A stretch of 64,000 nucleotides of DNA, taken from the NCBI GenBank assembly GCA_964422925.1, contig CAYRDC010000013.1, forward strand, positions 4,334 through 68,333, read 5' to 3'. The notes below the pieces were generated by a model that ran no database searches, was not told the origin of the DNA, and worked only from the letters and a program-made list of their open reading frames with translations. Shown here piece after piece: positions 10,447 through 21,241 of this stretch. This DNA comes from an uncultured Chitinophagales bacterium. Its GTDB lineage: Bacteria > Bacteroidota > Bacteroidia > Chitinophagales > S012-47. Made by a program: the position numbers and the translations under genes. Numbering within the stretch: the stretch's first letter is position 1; each line of letters opens with the position of its first letter.

Positions 10447-10566
10447 TAACGTTCTTTAAGCAGTAAATCCCATCTGCTAAAACATACCGGCTGCTCAACG
10501 AGCCGGGGTTCAGCATGCTCAAACAGACATCCGATACATAATCAACATCATTAACGCTAAATACTG

Positions 10567-11217
10567 ATGACTTATAACTACAACTCTCAAAAAGACCACC
10601 TGATGATCAGGGAATATGGCCGGAATATCCAAAACCTGATCAAACACGCCATTTCCATCGAGGACCGGGAAGAAAGAAACGCCTTCGCACGGGCTATCAT
10701 TAACCTCATGGCCCAGCTCAACCCGGGGTTCAGCAATATCGAAGAGTATAAAAGGAAATTGTGGGACCACATTTATTACATCTCGGAAGGAAAGCTGGAT
10801 GTGGATTATCCCTACGGCACCCCGGAATTTACGGTTACCAAAACCATGAAATCGGGTAAGCCGATGAAATATCCCACCAATGACGTCAAGTTCCGGCATT
10901 ACGGCAAAAACGTGGAAACCATGATCCGGAAGGCTATTGAAATGGAAGACCCCGATAAGAGAAAAGCCTTCACGGAAGTGATCGGTAATTACATGAAACT
11001 GGTTTACAACAACTGGAACCGGGAAAATGTCACCGATGAAATGATCGTAAACGATATCCGGTTTTTATCAGGCGGTGAACTGTCGCTCGGAACAGACAGC
11101 AACCTGGATGCTTTGCGGCAGTCCAACCGGAAAAAGAAAAAACCGATTTCGTATAAAACCAATACCGGTAAACGGTCATCCCGCAGGGTAACCCGCAGGC
11201 GAAACGGCAGAAACTAA
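10567..11217 (+). CDS. DUF4290 family protein
   Basis: EYGRNIQNLI...KLWDHI...RHYGKN pattern with a basic tail; typical position upstream of murA in Bacteroidota. Confidence 0.85.
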   Translation: MTYNYNSQKDHLMIREYGRNIQNLIKHAISIEDREERNAFARAIINLMAQLNPGFSNIEEYKRKLWDHIYYISEGKLDVDYPYGTPEFTVTKTMKSGKPMKYPTNDVKFRHYGKNVETMIRKAIEMEDPDKRKAFTEVIGNYMKLVYNNWNRENVTDEMIVNDIRFLSGGELSLGTDSNLDALRQSNRKKKKPISYKTNTGKRSSRRVTRRRNGRN

Positions 11218-11228
11218 ACCTGATCCGG

Positions 11229-12533
11229 ATGGATGCCTTTGAAATTACGGGAGGCAGGCCTTTATCAGGAGAAATCATTCCGCAGGGGGCCAAAAATGAA
11301 GCATTGCAGGTTATCTGTGCCACTTTGCTTACCGAAGAGCCTGTTACCATTTCCAACATTCCCGATATCCGCGATGTTAATTTCCTGATTGAATTATTGA
11401 GCGATCTTGGGGTTGAGGTTACAAAACTGGGTGAAGGTACTTACCGTTTCCGGGCCGCGGACATCGACCTCGACTACGTCAATACCCCGGAATACCGGGC
11501 CAAGGCTTCCCGTCTCAGGGGCTCGGTAATGCTTTTGGGCCCCATGCTTTCCCGCTTTCACAAAGCCTATATTCCCAAACCGGGAGGCGACAAGATCGGG
11601 CGGAGGCGTATAGACACCCACCTGCAGGGGTTCGAAAAACTGGGCGCCAAATTCATTTATCACCCGGAAAACAACACCTACTACCTGGATGCTTCCAACC
11701 TGCAGGGCACGTATATGCTGCTGGATGAAGCCTCGGTAACCGGCACGGCCAACCTGATTATGGCCGCTTCGCTGGCAAAAGGCACCACCACCATTTACCA
11801 CGCGGCCTGTGAACCTTACATTCAGCAGTTGTGCCATATGCTGGTGCGGATGGGCGCCCGCATTGAAGGCATCGGGTCCAACCTTTTGACCATTGAGGGC
11901 GTGGACCGACTGGGCGGAACCGAACATATTTTGCTGTCCGATATGATCGAGGTCGGCAGTTTTATAGGCCTGGCCGCGATGACGGCCTCTGACATCACGA
12001 TACGCAACGCGCAGCCGCAGCACCTCGGGCAGATCCCGGATGTATTCAGACGACTGGGTATTGAACTGGAAATACGCGGGGAAGACATTCATATACCCGC
12101 CCAGGAGCACTACGAAATCCAAACCTTTATTGACGGCTCCATCATGACCATCTCGGATGCCCCCTGGCCTGGATTCACCCCGGACCTTTTGAGCGTGGTC
12201 CTCGTGGTAGCCACGCAGGCAAGGGGCAGTGTTTTGATCCACCAGAAAATGTTCGAAAGCCGCCTGTTTTTTGTGGACCGCCTCATCGACATGGGCGCGC
12301 AAATCATTTTATGCGACCCGCACCGGGCCGCCATCATCGGGCTGGGCCGGACTTCCCGCCTCCGCGGCATCGAGATGTCGTCCCCGGATATCAGGGCCGG
12401 AGTGTCTCTTCTTATAGCTGCCCTCTCAGCTGAAGGTAAAAGCATAATCCGTAACGTAAACCAAATCGACCGGGGCTATCAGCGGATAGACCAGCGGTTG
12501 CGGGCCCTGGGAGCGGACATACAGCGCGTCTGA
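11229..12533 (+). CDS. murA: UDP-N-acetylglucosamine 1-carboxyvinyltransferase
   Basis: GAKNEAL, LRGSV, PGGDKIGRR (Asp in place of the fosfomycin-reactive Cys), PWPGFTPD, DIRAG, IDRGY. Confidence 0.96.
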   Translation: MDAFEITGGRPLSGEIIPQGAKNEALQVICATLLTEEPVTISNIPDIRDVNFLIELLSDLGVEVTKLGEGTYRFRAADIDLDYVNTPEYRAKASRLRGSVMLLGPMLSRFHKAYIPKPGGDKIGRRRIDTHLQGFEKLGAKFIYHPENNTYYLDASNLQGTYMLLDEASVTGTANLIMAASLAKGTTTIYHAACEPYIQQLCHMLVRMGARIEGIGSNLLTIEGVDRLGGTEHILLSDMIEVGSFIGLAAMTASDITIRNAQPQHLGQIPDVFRRLGIELEIRGEDIHIPAQEHYEIQTFIDGSIMTISDAPWPGFTPDLLSVVLVVATQARGSVLIHQKMFESRLFFVDRLIDMGAQIILCDPHRAAIIGLGRTSRLRGIEMSSPDIRAGVSLLIAALSAEGKSIIRNVNQIDRGYQRIDQRLRALGADIQRV

Positions 12534-12557
12534 ACCCGGCCCGGGCACAAAACCTGC

Positions 12558-12597
12558 TGACATTTTGTCCTGATAAATCCCATGGCAGGAATTTTGA
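12558..12597 (+). promoter_or_regulatory. Inverted repeat plus sigma54-like -24/-12 element upstream of grpE
   Basis: TGACA-TTT-TGTCC followed by TGGCAGGAATTTTGA. Confidence 0.45.
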
Positions 12598-12650
12598 GCA
12601 GCGGATTTGACCTGTATTTTTAATATTGTTCACCGAAAAAAACCATAAAA

Positions 12651-13196
12651 GTGTCAGATAAAGGGACAACTGAAACAAGCAAACAACCGGCCGAAGAGGC
12701 CAAACCCAAAACCCGTAAAAAACAAAGCGAGAAAGACAAGCTGAAAGCCCGGATCAGCGAGCTGGAGTCAGAAGTAGCGGAGCTGAAGAATAAAAACCTC
12801 CGGTTGTTCGCGGAATTTGAGAATTTCCGCAAGCGGACTGCCCGGGAAAAACTGGAACTAATGGAAACGGCCAGCCGGGATTTGATTGTAGATTTACTGC
12901 CGGTGCTGGACGACCTGGAGCGGGCAAGGCAGGCGGCCGAAGGAGCCAAAGACATAGAATCGGTTATTAAAGGTTATGACCTGATTGTTGAAAAACTTTG
13001 GCGTATTTTGGAACAGCGGGGCCTGAAGCCCATGGAATCCAAAGGCCAGCCGTTTGACCCGGAATTGCATGATGCTATGACAGAGCTCCCGGTTAAGGAT
13101 AAAAAATCCAAAGGCACCGTGATTGACGAAATTGAAAAAGGTTATTTCCTCAAAGACAAAATCATTCGCCACGCCCGGGTTGTGGTAGGTAAATAA
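12651..13196 (+). CDS. grpE: Nucleotide exchange factor GrpE
   Basis: LRLFAEFENFRKRT, FDPELHDAM, KGY...IIRHARVVV; GTG start. Confidence 0.96.
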   Translation: MSDKGTTETSKQPAEEAKPKTRKKQSEKDKLKARISELESEVAELKNKNLRLFAEFENFRKRTAREKLELMETASRDLIVDLLPVLDDLERARQAAEGAKDIESVIKGYDLIVEKLWRILEQRGLKPMESKGQPFDPELHDAMTELPVKDKKSKGTVIDEIEKGYFLKDKIIRHARVVVGK

Positions 13197-13199
13197 GCC

Positions 13200-14354
13200 A
13201 TGGCAAAACGCGATTACTACGAAATATTGGGAGTTTCCAGGAATTCTTCTCCGGAGGAAATTAAAAAAGCATACCGGAAGATAGCCCTGAAATATCATCC
13301 TGACCGCAATCCGGGAGATAAAGAAGCTGAGGAAAAGTTCAAGGAAGCGGCTGAAGCTTATGAAGTATTGAGCGATCCGGATAAACGGGCCCAGTATGAC
13401 CGGTTCGGGCACGAAGGCATGCGGGGCGCGGGTGGTTTTTCCGGCCAGGGCATGACTATCGAAGATATTTTCTCTCATTTCGGGGATATTTTCGGTGATT
13501 TAGGCGGGTTTGAATCCTTTTTTGGAGGAGGTTCCCGCTCCGGCCGCAGGCAGGCCAGGGGCCGGAGGGGAAACAATCTGCGGATAAAAGTGAAGCTGAC
13601 CCTGCGGGAAATGGCGGAAGGGGTTACCAAGAAAGTAAAAGTTAAGAAATACTTCACCTGTCCCACCTGCCAGGGAAGCGGGGCGCGTGACAGCGGCTCG
13701 GTGCAAACCTGTGGCACCTGCAATGGCAGGGGCCAGGTAAGCCGCGTTACCAACACCATACTCGGCCAGATGCGCACCACGCAAACATGTCCTACATGCC
13801 AGGGTTCCGGGCAGGTCATCACCGCCAATTGTACCCAATGCCGGGGAGAAGGCCGTATTTACGGAGAAGAAACCATCAGCATTGACATCCCGGCCGGGGT
13901 TACGGAAGGCGTTCAGCTGTCCATGAGCGGCAAAGGCAATGCCGGGGAAAAAGGCGGGCCAGCGGGCGACCTGCTGATCATGATCCAGGAAGTACCGCAT
14001 GAGGACCTGAAACGGGACGGGAAAAACGTAATCTACGACCTGTATATCAGTTTTATCGATGCCGCCCTGGGCACACAGGTAGAAGTGCCTACCATTACCG
14101 GCAGGGCCAAAATCAAAATACCGGCCGGCACGCAAAGCGGGAAAATCTACCGCCTGAAAGGCAAGGGACTGCCTTCACTGAACGGTTACGGCCGGGGCGA
14201 CCAGCTTATCCACGTAAATGTCTGGACCCCGCGCAAACTAACCCCGGAAGAAAGGCACCTGCTCGAATCATTGCGCGACAGTGAAAATTTCCGGCCCAAC
14301 CCGGACAAAAGCGATAAAGGCTTTTTTGAGCGCATGAAAGATTATTTTAGCTAA
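13200..14354 (+). CDS. dnaJ: Chaperone DnaJ
   Basis: J domain with HPD, G/F-rich region, four CxxCxGxG repeats. Confidence 0.98.
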   Translation: MAKRDYYEILGVSRNSSPEEIKKAYRKIALKYHPDRNPGDKEAEEKFKEAAEAYEVLSDPDKRAQYDRFGHEGMRGAGGFSGQGMTIEDIFSHFGDIFGDLGGFESFFGGGSRSGRRQARGRRGNNLRIKVKLTLREMAEGVTKKVKVKKYFTCPTCQGSGARDSGSVQTCGTCNGRGQVSRVTNTILGQMRTTQTCPTCQGSGQVITANCTQCRGEGRIYGEETISIDIPAGVTEGVQLSMSGKGNAGEKGGPAGDLLIMIQEVPHEDLKRDGKNVIYDLYISFIDAALGTQVEVPTITGRAKIKIPAGTQSGKIYRLKGKGLPSLNGYGRGDQLIHVNVWTPRKLTPEERHLLESLRDSENFRPNPDKSDKGFFERMKDYFS

Positions 14355-14372
14355 GCCTGAAAACCACGGCTT

Positions 14373-15305
14373 ATGCCCCTCGCAAAGGCTGCCATCCTGG
14401 ATCTCGGCACCAATACATTCCATTTGCTGCTGGTCAGCTACGGCAAAGCAGGCTTTTCTATCCTGCATCGCGAAAAACGCTATGTAAAGCTGGCCCGGGG
14501 AAGCGCCCGGTACATCCACCCGGAAGCCATGCAGCGCGCACTCTTTTCCTTGCAGCATTTTCATGAAATTATTTCCGGTTACCGGATCCGGAAGGTAATC
14601 CCGGTAGCCACACAGGGATTCCGGCAATCGTCCAACGCGGAGGAGCTGGCCGATACCATTTACCAGCGCTTTCAATGGAAAGTAAGGGTCGTAAGCGGGG
14701 CAGAGGAGGCTGAACTGATCCTGGACGGTATCCGCCAGGCCCTTCCGCCCGGAAAAGAACCCCTGCTGGTGCTGGACATAGGAGGTGCGAGCGTGGAGTG
14801 CATTGCGGTGGAGGAAGATGCGGTCCTGTTCAGGAAAAGCTTTCCGGCAGGCGCGGCCAATTTACTGTCCCGTTTTGGGCCGGCCGAAGGCCTCACCCCT
14901 GACAGCCGGAGCGAATTGCGCCATTACCTGGACGAAACATTTGCACCTCTCTGGCTGGCTGTTTCCAATAAGTCCATCCGGCTTGTGGGCAGCTCCGGAA
15001 CCTTCGACAGCCTGGTAGACATGCTGCATTACCCCCGGAAAAAAGAAGCGGTTTATGCCCAAAAACCATACTGTTCGCTGGATGCGGCTGCCATACACGA
15101 GCTTGGCAGGAAACTGTCGGCCTGCAGTGAAGCGGAACGGAAACATTTTCCCGGCCTCGAACCGGAACGTGTGGAAATGATCCCCTACGCGATGGAAATT
15201 CTCGGGTCAGTCATGGAGCACCTGAATATTCAATCGGTCACGGCCAGCGACTACGCGCTGAAAGAAGGGGTAGCCTGGCGCCTTTCGCAGGGCATAGCTA
15301 TTTAG
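14373..15305 (+). CDS. ppx: Ppx/GppA family exopolyphosphatase
   Basis: DLGTNTFHL, VSGAEEA, DIGGASVE, ALKEG. Confidence 0.88.
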   Translation: MPLAKAAILDLGTNTFHLLLVSYGKAGFSILHREKRYVKLARGSARYIHPEAMQRALFSLQHFHEIISGYRIRKVIPVATQGFRQSSNAEELADTIYQRFQWKVRVVSGAEEAELILDGIRQALPPGKEPLLVLDIGGASVECIAVEEDAVLFRKSFPAGAANLLSRFGPAEGLTPDSRSELRHYLDETFAPLWLAVSNKSIRLVGSSGTFDSLVDMLHYPRKKEAVYAQKPYCSLDAAAIHELGRKLSACSEAERKHFPGLEPERVEMIPYAMEILGSVMEHLNIQSVTASDYALKEGVAWRLSQGIAI

Positions 15306-16329
15306 GAATACCCTGATCGCGCAGGTATAATTCCCATTTCCAGGCGGAAGACATCATGTCCTGCAATGAGTATTGCGGTTCCCAGCCCAGCTGGCGGGTA
15401 GCCTTGCTGCGTTCCGCGTAAATCGCCACGACATCCCCCGGCCGCCTGGGGCCTATGCGGTAATTGAGTTTTACCCCGGTAGCCTCTTCAAAGGCCCGGA
15501 TCGCTTCGAGCACCGTCACGCCCTGCCCGGTGCCCAGGTTAAACACCTCGCAGATAGCTCCTGAAGAATCCTTTTGTAAGTATTCAAACGCGAGGGTATG
15601 CGCATGGGCAATATCCATCACATGGATGTAATCCCGGATGCAGGAACCGTCCCTTGTGGGATAATCCCCGCCATGCACGAACATTTCCTTCCGTTTCCCG
15701 ATAGCGGTTTCCGTGATGACGGGCACCAAGTTTTCCGGCTTCTCCAAAGGTACCTGCCCGAGCAGCCCGCCCGGATGCGCGCCCACCGGGTTAAAATACC
15801 GGAGCAATATAAAACGTCCCGGATATACCTTTGAGAAATCCCGGATCATTTCCTCATTCATCTGTTTGGTGCGCGCGTAAGGCGATTCGGCCGGCTTCCA
15901 GGGGGTATCTTCCGTAACCGGCAACCGGTCCGGGTTGCCATATACAGAACAGGAAGAGCTGAACACGAGGCTGGGAATACGGTGGCGTTCCATATTTTCC
16001 AGCACATTGAGCAGGCTGTTCAGGTTATTGTAAAAATACTGCAGCGGCTGCTGCACGGATTCCGGAACAATCTTATAGGCGGCAAAGTGGATGATCCCAT
16101 CCACGGGGCCGATATCCCGGAAAGCCCGGATGGTGGCTTTCCGATCGCACAGGTTTACGCGGTAATTTTTCACGGTAATGCCCGTGATGCGGGCTGCGTT
16201 GTCCAGTATGGCTTCTGTGGAGCGGCTGTTGTCGTCAATCGAAACCACCTCATACCCGTGCTCAATCAGGTCGACCAGGGTATGCACCCCAATGTATCCG
16301 CAACCGCCAGTTACCAGTATCCTTGGCAT
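15298..16329 (-). CDS. galE: UDP-glucose 4-epimerase
   Basis: GGCGYIG, YARTK (YxxxK), LRYFNPVGAH, DGSCIRDYIHV. Confidence 0.95.
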   Translation of the reverse strand: MPRILVTGGCGYIGVHTLVDLIEHGYEVVSIDDNSRSTEAILDNAARITGITVKNYRVNLCDRKATIRAFRDIGPVDGIIHFAAYKIVPESVQQPLQYFYNNLNSLLNVLENMERHRIPSLVFSSSCSVYGNPDRLPVTEDTPWKPAESPYARTKQMNEEMIRDFSKVYPGRFILLRYFNPVGAHPGGLLGQVPLEKPENLVPVITETAIGKRKEMFVHGGDYPTRDGSCIRDYIHVMDIAHAHTLAFEYLQKDSSGAICEVFNLGTGQGVTVLEAIRAFEEATGVKLNYRIGPRRPGDVVAIYAERSKATRQLGWEPQYSLQDMMSSAWKWELYLRDQGIPK

Positions 16330-17270
16330 TAATCCTTGAATTTTCCGGAATCAATCAATCGTTGAATCCCTTCTTCCAGCGAAACCAGGGGCCGGTTCAG
16401 AATCCTGCGCATTTTTGAAATATCCGGAAGCCTCCGTTTCATATCCCCTTCTTTCAAAGGCGGCAGGTGAACAATCCCCCCGCTGGAACCGGTGATTTTC
16501 AGAACCAAACGGGCCAGGTCAATGATGGGTGTTTCCACATCGCTTCCTATATTGACCACATCGTTGATATACAGGTCTTCCTCCATGATCCGTATGGTAG
16601 CATCCAGGTTGTCGTCTATATAGCAAAAAGTACGGGTTTGCGAACCGTCCCCGTAAACGGTTATATCCTCATTGTGCAAAGCAGCTCTCAGAAACCGGGA
16701 CATGACGAAATCTGTACTTTGCCGGGGGCCGTAGGTGTTGAAGAAGCGGAAAATGGTATAGTTCAAGCCGAATTCATCATGATAAGAGCGGCAAAAGGCT
16801 TCGCCCACATTTTTCACCACGGCATAGGGCAGCCGGGAATTCAGCGGGGTGGTGACTTCATTCTGGGGCAATTCCACCGGTTCACCATACACCTCGGAAG
16901 AGGAGGAAAAAAAGACCCGTTTTACCCCGGTACTTTTGGATAACTCCAGGATATTGCGAATGCCTTCTATATCGCGCAATACGCTTACCGGGTTGTTCAG
17001 CGTGCGCTGCACGCCAACCACCGCGGCATAATGAAACACGTAATCGAACGCGAAAGAGGTTATTACCGGCAATATTTCCTCATAACGGTTTACATCGCAT
17101 TTAATAAACCGGCCATTCCTATTTTTGAATTCAGGAATATTTGCCAGTTTGCCGGTTGACAGGTTATCGACCACAATCACATAGTTGCCTTCATCCCGGA
17201 CCAGGCGTTCGGCCAGGCTGCTGGCAATGAATCCGGCTCCCCCGGTAATCAGTATTTTTCTTTTTTCCAC
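16329..17270 (-). CDS. NAD-dependent nucleotide-sugar epimerase/dehydratase
   Basis: GGAGFIAS, SSSEVYG, YAVVK, RFFNTYGP, GDGSQTRTF. Confidence 0.9.
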   Translation of the reverse strand: MEKRKILITGGAGFIASSLAERLVRDEGNYVIVVDNLSTGKLANIPEFKNRNGRFIKCDVNRYEEILPVITSFAFDYVFHYAAVVGVQRTLNNPVSVLRDIEGIRNILELSKSTGVKRVFFSSSSEVYGEPVELPQNEVTTPLNSRLPYAVVKNVGEAFCRSYHDEFGLNYTIFRFFNTYGPRQSTDFVMSRFLRAALHNEDITVYGDGSQTRTFCYIDDNLDATIRIMEEDLYINDVVNIGSDVETPIIDLARLVLKITGSSGGIVHLPPLKEGDMKRRLPDISKMRRILNRPLVSLEEGIQRLIDSGKFKD

Positions 17271-17277
17271 GGTATGT

Positions 17278-18138
17278 TTATTGTATCAAGCTTAGTAAAT
17301 ATTTACCGTAACCACTGTTCATCAGGGGCTCAGCCAGTTTTTTCAATTGTTCTTCGTCAATAAAACCCTGCCGGTAGGCTTCTTCCTCTATACAGCCGAT
17401 TTTCAGACCCTGCCGGGCCTCGATCACCTGCACGTAATGGCTGGCCTGCATCAGTGATTCAAAGGTTCCGGTGTCGAGCCAGGCCGTCCCTCTTTCGAGC
17501 CTGGCTACCTTCAGCTTTCCCATTTCCAGGTAGGCCTTGTTTACATCGGTTATTTCATATTCTCCCCGGGCGCTGGGTTCCAGATTAGCCGCTATCTCCA
17601 CTACCTGGTTGTCATACAGGTACAGACCCGGTACGGCCCAATTGGACCGTGGGTCAGCCGGTTTTTCCTCGATGGTAACTGCCATATTATTTTCGTCAAA
17701 CTCAACGACTCCATAGCGATGCGGATCTGAAACCTGGTAGGCAAAAATGACCGCTCCATCCGGATCGTTATTCCGGCTCAGGATGGAACCTATGCCACCG
17801 CCTGAAAAGATGTTATCGCCCAGGATGAGGGCCACCTTGTCGGATCCGATATGCTCCCTGCCAATAATAAAAGCCTGCGCCAGACCTTTGGGCTCTTCCT
17901 GGATAACATAGCTGAACCGGCATCCCAGCTGGCTCCCGTCTCCCAACAACTGTTCGAACATGGGCAAATCCCGTGGCGTGGAAATGATAAGAATATCCCG
18001 GATACCTGCTTTCATAAGAATTGATAACGGGTAATAAATCATGGGCTTATCGTACACCGGCATAATTTGCTTGCTGATCGCAAGGGTTAACGGGAAAAGA
18101 CGGGTTCCGGAACCGCCTGCCAGGATGATACCTTTCAT
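17278..18138 (-). CDS. rfbA: Glucose-1-phosphate thymidylyltransferase
   Basis: [35 protein letters not shown]. Confidence 0.96.
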   Translation of the reverse strand: MKGIILAGGSGTRLFPLTLAISKQIMPVYDKPMIYYPLSILMKAGIRDILIISTPRDLPMFEQLLGDGSQLGCRFSYVIQEEPKGLAQAFIIGREHIGSDKVALILGDNIFSGGGIGSILSRNNDPDGAVIFAYQVSDPHRYGVVEFDENNMAVTIEEKPADPRSNWAVPGLYLYDNQVVEIAANLEPSARGEYEITDVNKAYLEMGKLKVARLERGTAWLDTGTFESLMQASHYVQVIEARQGLKIGCIEEEAYRQGFIDEEQLKKLAEPLMNSGYGKYLLSLIQ

Positions 18139-18204
18139 TGCATATAATTTTCCAGTAAAATTAAAAGAATTGTACGGCCTGACGAATCCACCTTATGCCA
18201 TGGG

Positions 18205-20430
18205 CTATATTATCTCCTTTTCGGCCCGGGCATTTACAAACAAAACATTGCCGAGCTGGTCGTAGCCGGCAAAGAGGGTCTCGCCCTGCCGGAGTAACAA
18301 TTCAATACGAAAACCAACAATCGTAAGGTCGGCATCCACACTGCGCTTATTGATCAGGGTTTTGATGTCTTCATCCGGCTGCCGGGGTATGGCTTCCACA
18401 TTCATGGGTGATATGGGCAGCCGGCCATCTCGGATCAGCTGCAGCAGGTGGGATTTTTCTTTTTCCAGCCGGTTTTCCGGGTACACCGCGAAAATCTTTA
18501 TATCTCCATGCCGCCAGTCGGGATGCCCCAGGATGATATAGCCCAGCAGGATCATCAGATTGGCGTTTTCATAATCGTTGGAAGTAATCCAGATGTGCAT
18601 TTCACTACGATATCCAAAACCTTTTTCGGTGGAGCCCAGGATACAAACATCGAAACCCGCGGCACTGACCAGATTGAGGTTGTCGATAATGCTCCGCAAA
18701 CCGGAAGGTTCCCTGCGCAGGTATTCAAACATGAACATATTGTTTTCCTTGCCTGAAACACCTGGCAACTGGGCTACCTGCGCGATGGCCGAGGTAAAGG
18801 ACGGGCTTACGATGGTATCAATATAAACGTTGGACCGGCTGTTTTCCACCAGGTTCAGCAAGCGCTGCTTGAGTCGTATCGATTCTTCACGGGATGCCTT
18901 GCTAAGATATCCTTTAATGGCATGGATATAGGTTCCGAATCCATAGCGGTGCGCCAGCCATTTCAGTAATTCAAAAGCATCCAGCCTTTTGAATGTATCG
19001 CTGGAAATGCAGACTACGGAGGGGCGCCAGCTTTCGTCTTTCCGTTCCCGGTCAGTTTTTTGCAGAAAGACCTGCAATTGCCGGCTGAGCTGAAAAATAA
19101 CCCCACGGAAAATATTGGACAAACCGGGTGTGTCGGTATTGAAATAATTGACCAGGAAATAAAAGCCTACCATCAGCACAATGGCCGCGATGGCATAGGT
19201 CGGGTCCATTTTAAACATCAGCCAAAAGCAAAGAACCGCCCCGACAAAAGAGAAATACCATTTTGACCGGAAAGTAGGCCGGTAAGCCGGATCAGCCGCG
19301 AAATGCTCGAGAAAAGATATCAGGCAGATGGCACCATAGGTAAGGACAAAAAACATGGAAATGATCCGGGCTACCGAATCAATATCGCCCACTGCCACAA
19401 AGAAAAAGGCAATGGCACAGGTAACCATACCGGCTATAAAGGGTTCGTTGTCATGCGCGCGGGTTTTTCTCAAATTCTCGTTGATTGCTTCCACCGGGAA
19501 GACCCGGTCGGCCCCGAGGGCCTGGAGTGTCCGCGGGGCGATCATAACCGAGCCCAGGGCAGATGACAAAGCCGCACAGGCAAGGCCGATGGGAATAACC
19601 GGGCCCCAGACAGCAATGCGGCTCATAATCAACTGATCGCTTACCAGGCTTTCCGGTGAAGCTGATACAGCCAGTTTGTAGGCAACCAATATATAAACCA
19701 CCATGCCTGCCAGGGTAGCCGAAATGGTACCTACCGGGATGCTTTTCTTGGGGTCGCGCAAATCACCGGAAAGCCCAAGGCCGGCCGCTATCCCGGTAAA
19801 AGCCGGGAAAATGATGGTAAAGACATAAAAGAAATTATCCGGGTTTTCGATATGGTCAATCAGTTTATTGGTTACGGAAGCATAGCTGGAATGTCCCATA
19901 AAAAACAACAGGAGTGAAAAAAACAAAATGGCCACTACGAGATACAGGGTTTTCACCCCGATATGGGCTCCTTTGGTCAGCATCAGGAGGGTAAGCAAAC
20001 CCATTAAGGGAAGGCTAATAAAGCGCTTATTCGGGATAAAGATGCCGTGTTGTTCATGCAGCCATTGCAGCACCGGCTGAAACGCTTCAGCGAGGGCGAT
20101 CACATAAAAGGCAACGCTGATAGCCTGGGCCAGGAACAGCGCAATGCCGATGGCAGCTCCTACGTTCAGTCCAAAAGACCGGCTGATGATGTAATAAGCC
20201 CCGCCTCCCTCCACCCGCTGGTTAGTGGCAATTTCAGCCACCGCAAATGCTGTGGCAATCGTAACGATATGCCCCAACAGGATAATGGCTATCGTGCTCC
20301 AGAAACCGAGATGACCTACAGCATACCCCATCCGCAGGAAAAGGATAGCGCCCAGGATGGTGCTTATGGTGGCCATAAACACCGGGCCGGTGCCAAATCC
20401 CTGCTTCCTTACATCATACAAACTGTCCAT
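18205..20430 (-). CDS. APC-superfamily permease resembling SLC12 cation-chloride cotransporters
   Basis: ILGAILFLR, GGGAYYIISRSFG, FPAFTGIAAG..SGDL.DP..SIP.GT, YRPTFR, and WRP starting a large cytosolic C-terminal domain. Confidence 0.85.
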   Translation of the reverse strand: MDSLYDVRKQGFGTGPVFMATISTILGAILFLRMGYAVGHLGFWSTIAIILLGHIVTIATAFAVAEIATNQRVEGGGAYYIISRSFGLNVGAAIGIALFLAQAISVAFYVIALAEAFQPVLQWLHEQHGIFIPNKRFISLPLMGLLTLLMLTKGAHIGVKTLYLVVAILFFSLLLFFMGHSSYASVTNKLIDHIENPDNFFYVFTIIFPAFTGIAAGLGLSGDLRDPKKSIPVGTISATLAGMVVYILVAYKLAVSASPESLVSDQLIMSRIAVWGPVIPIGLACAALSSALGSVMIAPRTLQALGADRVFPVEAINENLRKTRAHDNEPFIAGMVTCAIAFFFVAVGDIDSVARIISMFFVLTYGAICLISFLEHFAADPAYRPTFRSKWYFSFVGAVLCFWLMFKMDPTYAIAAIVLMVGFYFLVNYFNTDTPGLSNIFRGVIFQLSRQLQVFLQKTDRERKDESWRPSVVCISSDTFKRLDAFELLKWLAHRYGFGTYIHAIKGYLSKASREESIRLKQRLLNLVENSRSNVYIDTIVSPSFTSAIAQVAQLPGVSGKENNMFMFEYLRREPSGLRSIIDNLNLVSAAGFDVCILGSTEKGFGYRSEMHIWITSNDYENANLMILLGYIILGHPDWRHGDIKIFAVYPENRLEKEKSHLLQLIRDGRLPISPMNVEAIPRQPDEDIKTLINKRSVDADLTIVGFRIELLLRQGETLFAGYDQLGNVLFVNARAEKEII

Positions 20431-20484
20431 CCGCAGGAGATGAAATTAAGGTTCAGATAGCAGATTTTCGAGTGAATTCAAATT

Positions 20485-21240
20485 TCAGGCAAGAATTTTT
20501 TCCAGCACATCCCCTACCATATAGGATAAAATGGCTGCCAGGCCGCCCAGTAACAAGGTTTCCAGGATACTTTTCAGCTTGGGCGTATCATTCACATAGC
20601 TTTTCAGGAAGCCAATCAGGATAAAGGCCAGGGAAGTGAATAAACAGCTTAAAGGAAACAGGAGGCTCTGCTGGATATTGCCAATATAATGGACGACATA
20701 GGTGATAAGCGGGATGAAACCCACCAGGACGAATGACCCGAAAGTAACCGAGGCGGTTTGCAACGGGCTTTGAGCCGGGTAAGCCATTTCCAGTTCTTCC
20801 TTCATCATCACATCCACCCAGCGGTTTTTATCAGCAGTGATAACTTCCACTATCTGGTCAAGCAACTCTCCGCTGAATCCCTTGGCTTCATAGATTTCCC
20901 GGATTTCCTCTTTTTCCTTATCCGGCAGATTATCTACCTCCCAATATTCTATTTTCTTATGCTTGCGGTAATTGTCTATTTCGGATTTGGCCGATAAATA
21001 ATTCCCCACTGACATGGAGAACCCATCGGCTATAAGGTTGGCAAAGCCCAGGATCAGCACGATATTCGTACTTAATTCAGCGCCTGCGGCTCCGGCCACT
21101 ACGGCAAAGGTGGTTACACTGCCGTCTATACCGCCATATACAAATTCAGCCAGGTATTTTTTCAGCCGGCCGATTCCGGAGGATACACCATGAATCCGGT
21201 CTTCATCCAGAATATGCGGATTGTTGTCCGGTTTAGGCAT
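20485..21240 (-). CDS. VIT1/CCC1 family transporter
   Basis: VYGGIDG, ANLIADGFSM..GNYLS, Glu-rich metal-binding loop. Confidence 0.9.
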   Translation of the reverse strand: MPKPDNNPHILDEDRIHGVSSGIGRLKKYLAEFVYGGIDGSVTTFAVVAGAAGAELSTNIVLILGFANLIADGFSMSVGNYLSAKSEIDNYRKHKKIEYWEVDNLPDKEKEEIREIYEAKGFSGELLDQIVEVITADKNRWVDVMMKEELEMAYPAQSPLQTASVTFGSFVLVGFIPLITYVVHYIGNIQQSLLFPLSCLFTSLAFILIGFLKSYVNDTPKLKSILETLLLGGLAAILSYMVGDVLEKILA

Positions 21241-21241
21241 A

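Noticed and set aside
11394-12302. Long antisense ORFs (this one and others opposite aspS, dnaJ, nadB and the T9SS genes)
   Set aside because: Shadow ORFs are expected from GC-rich codon usage, and these show no motifs.
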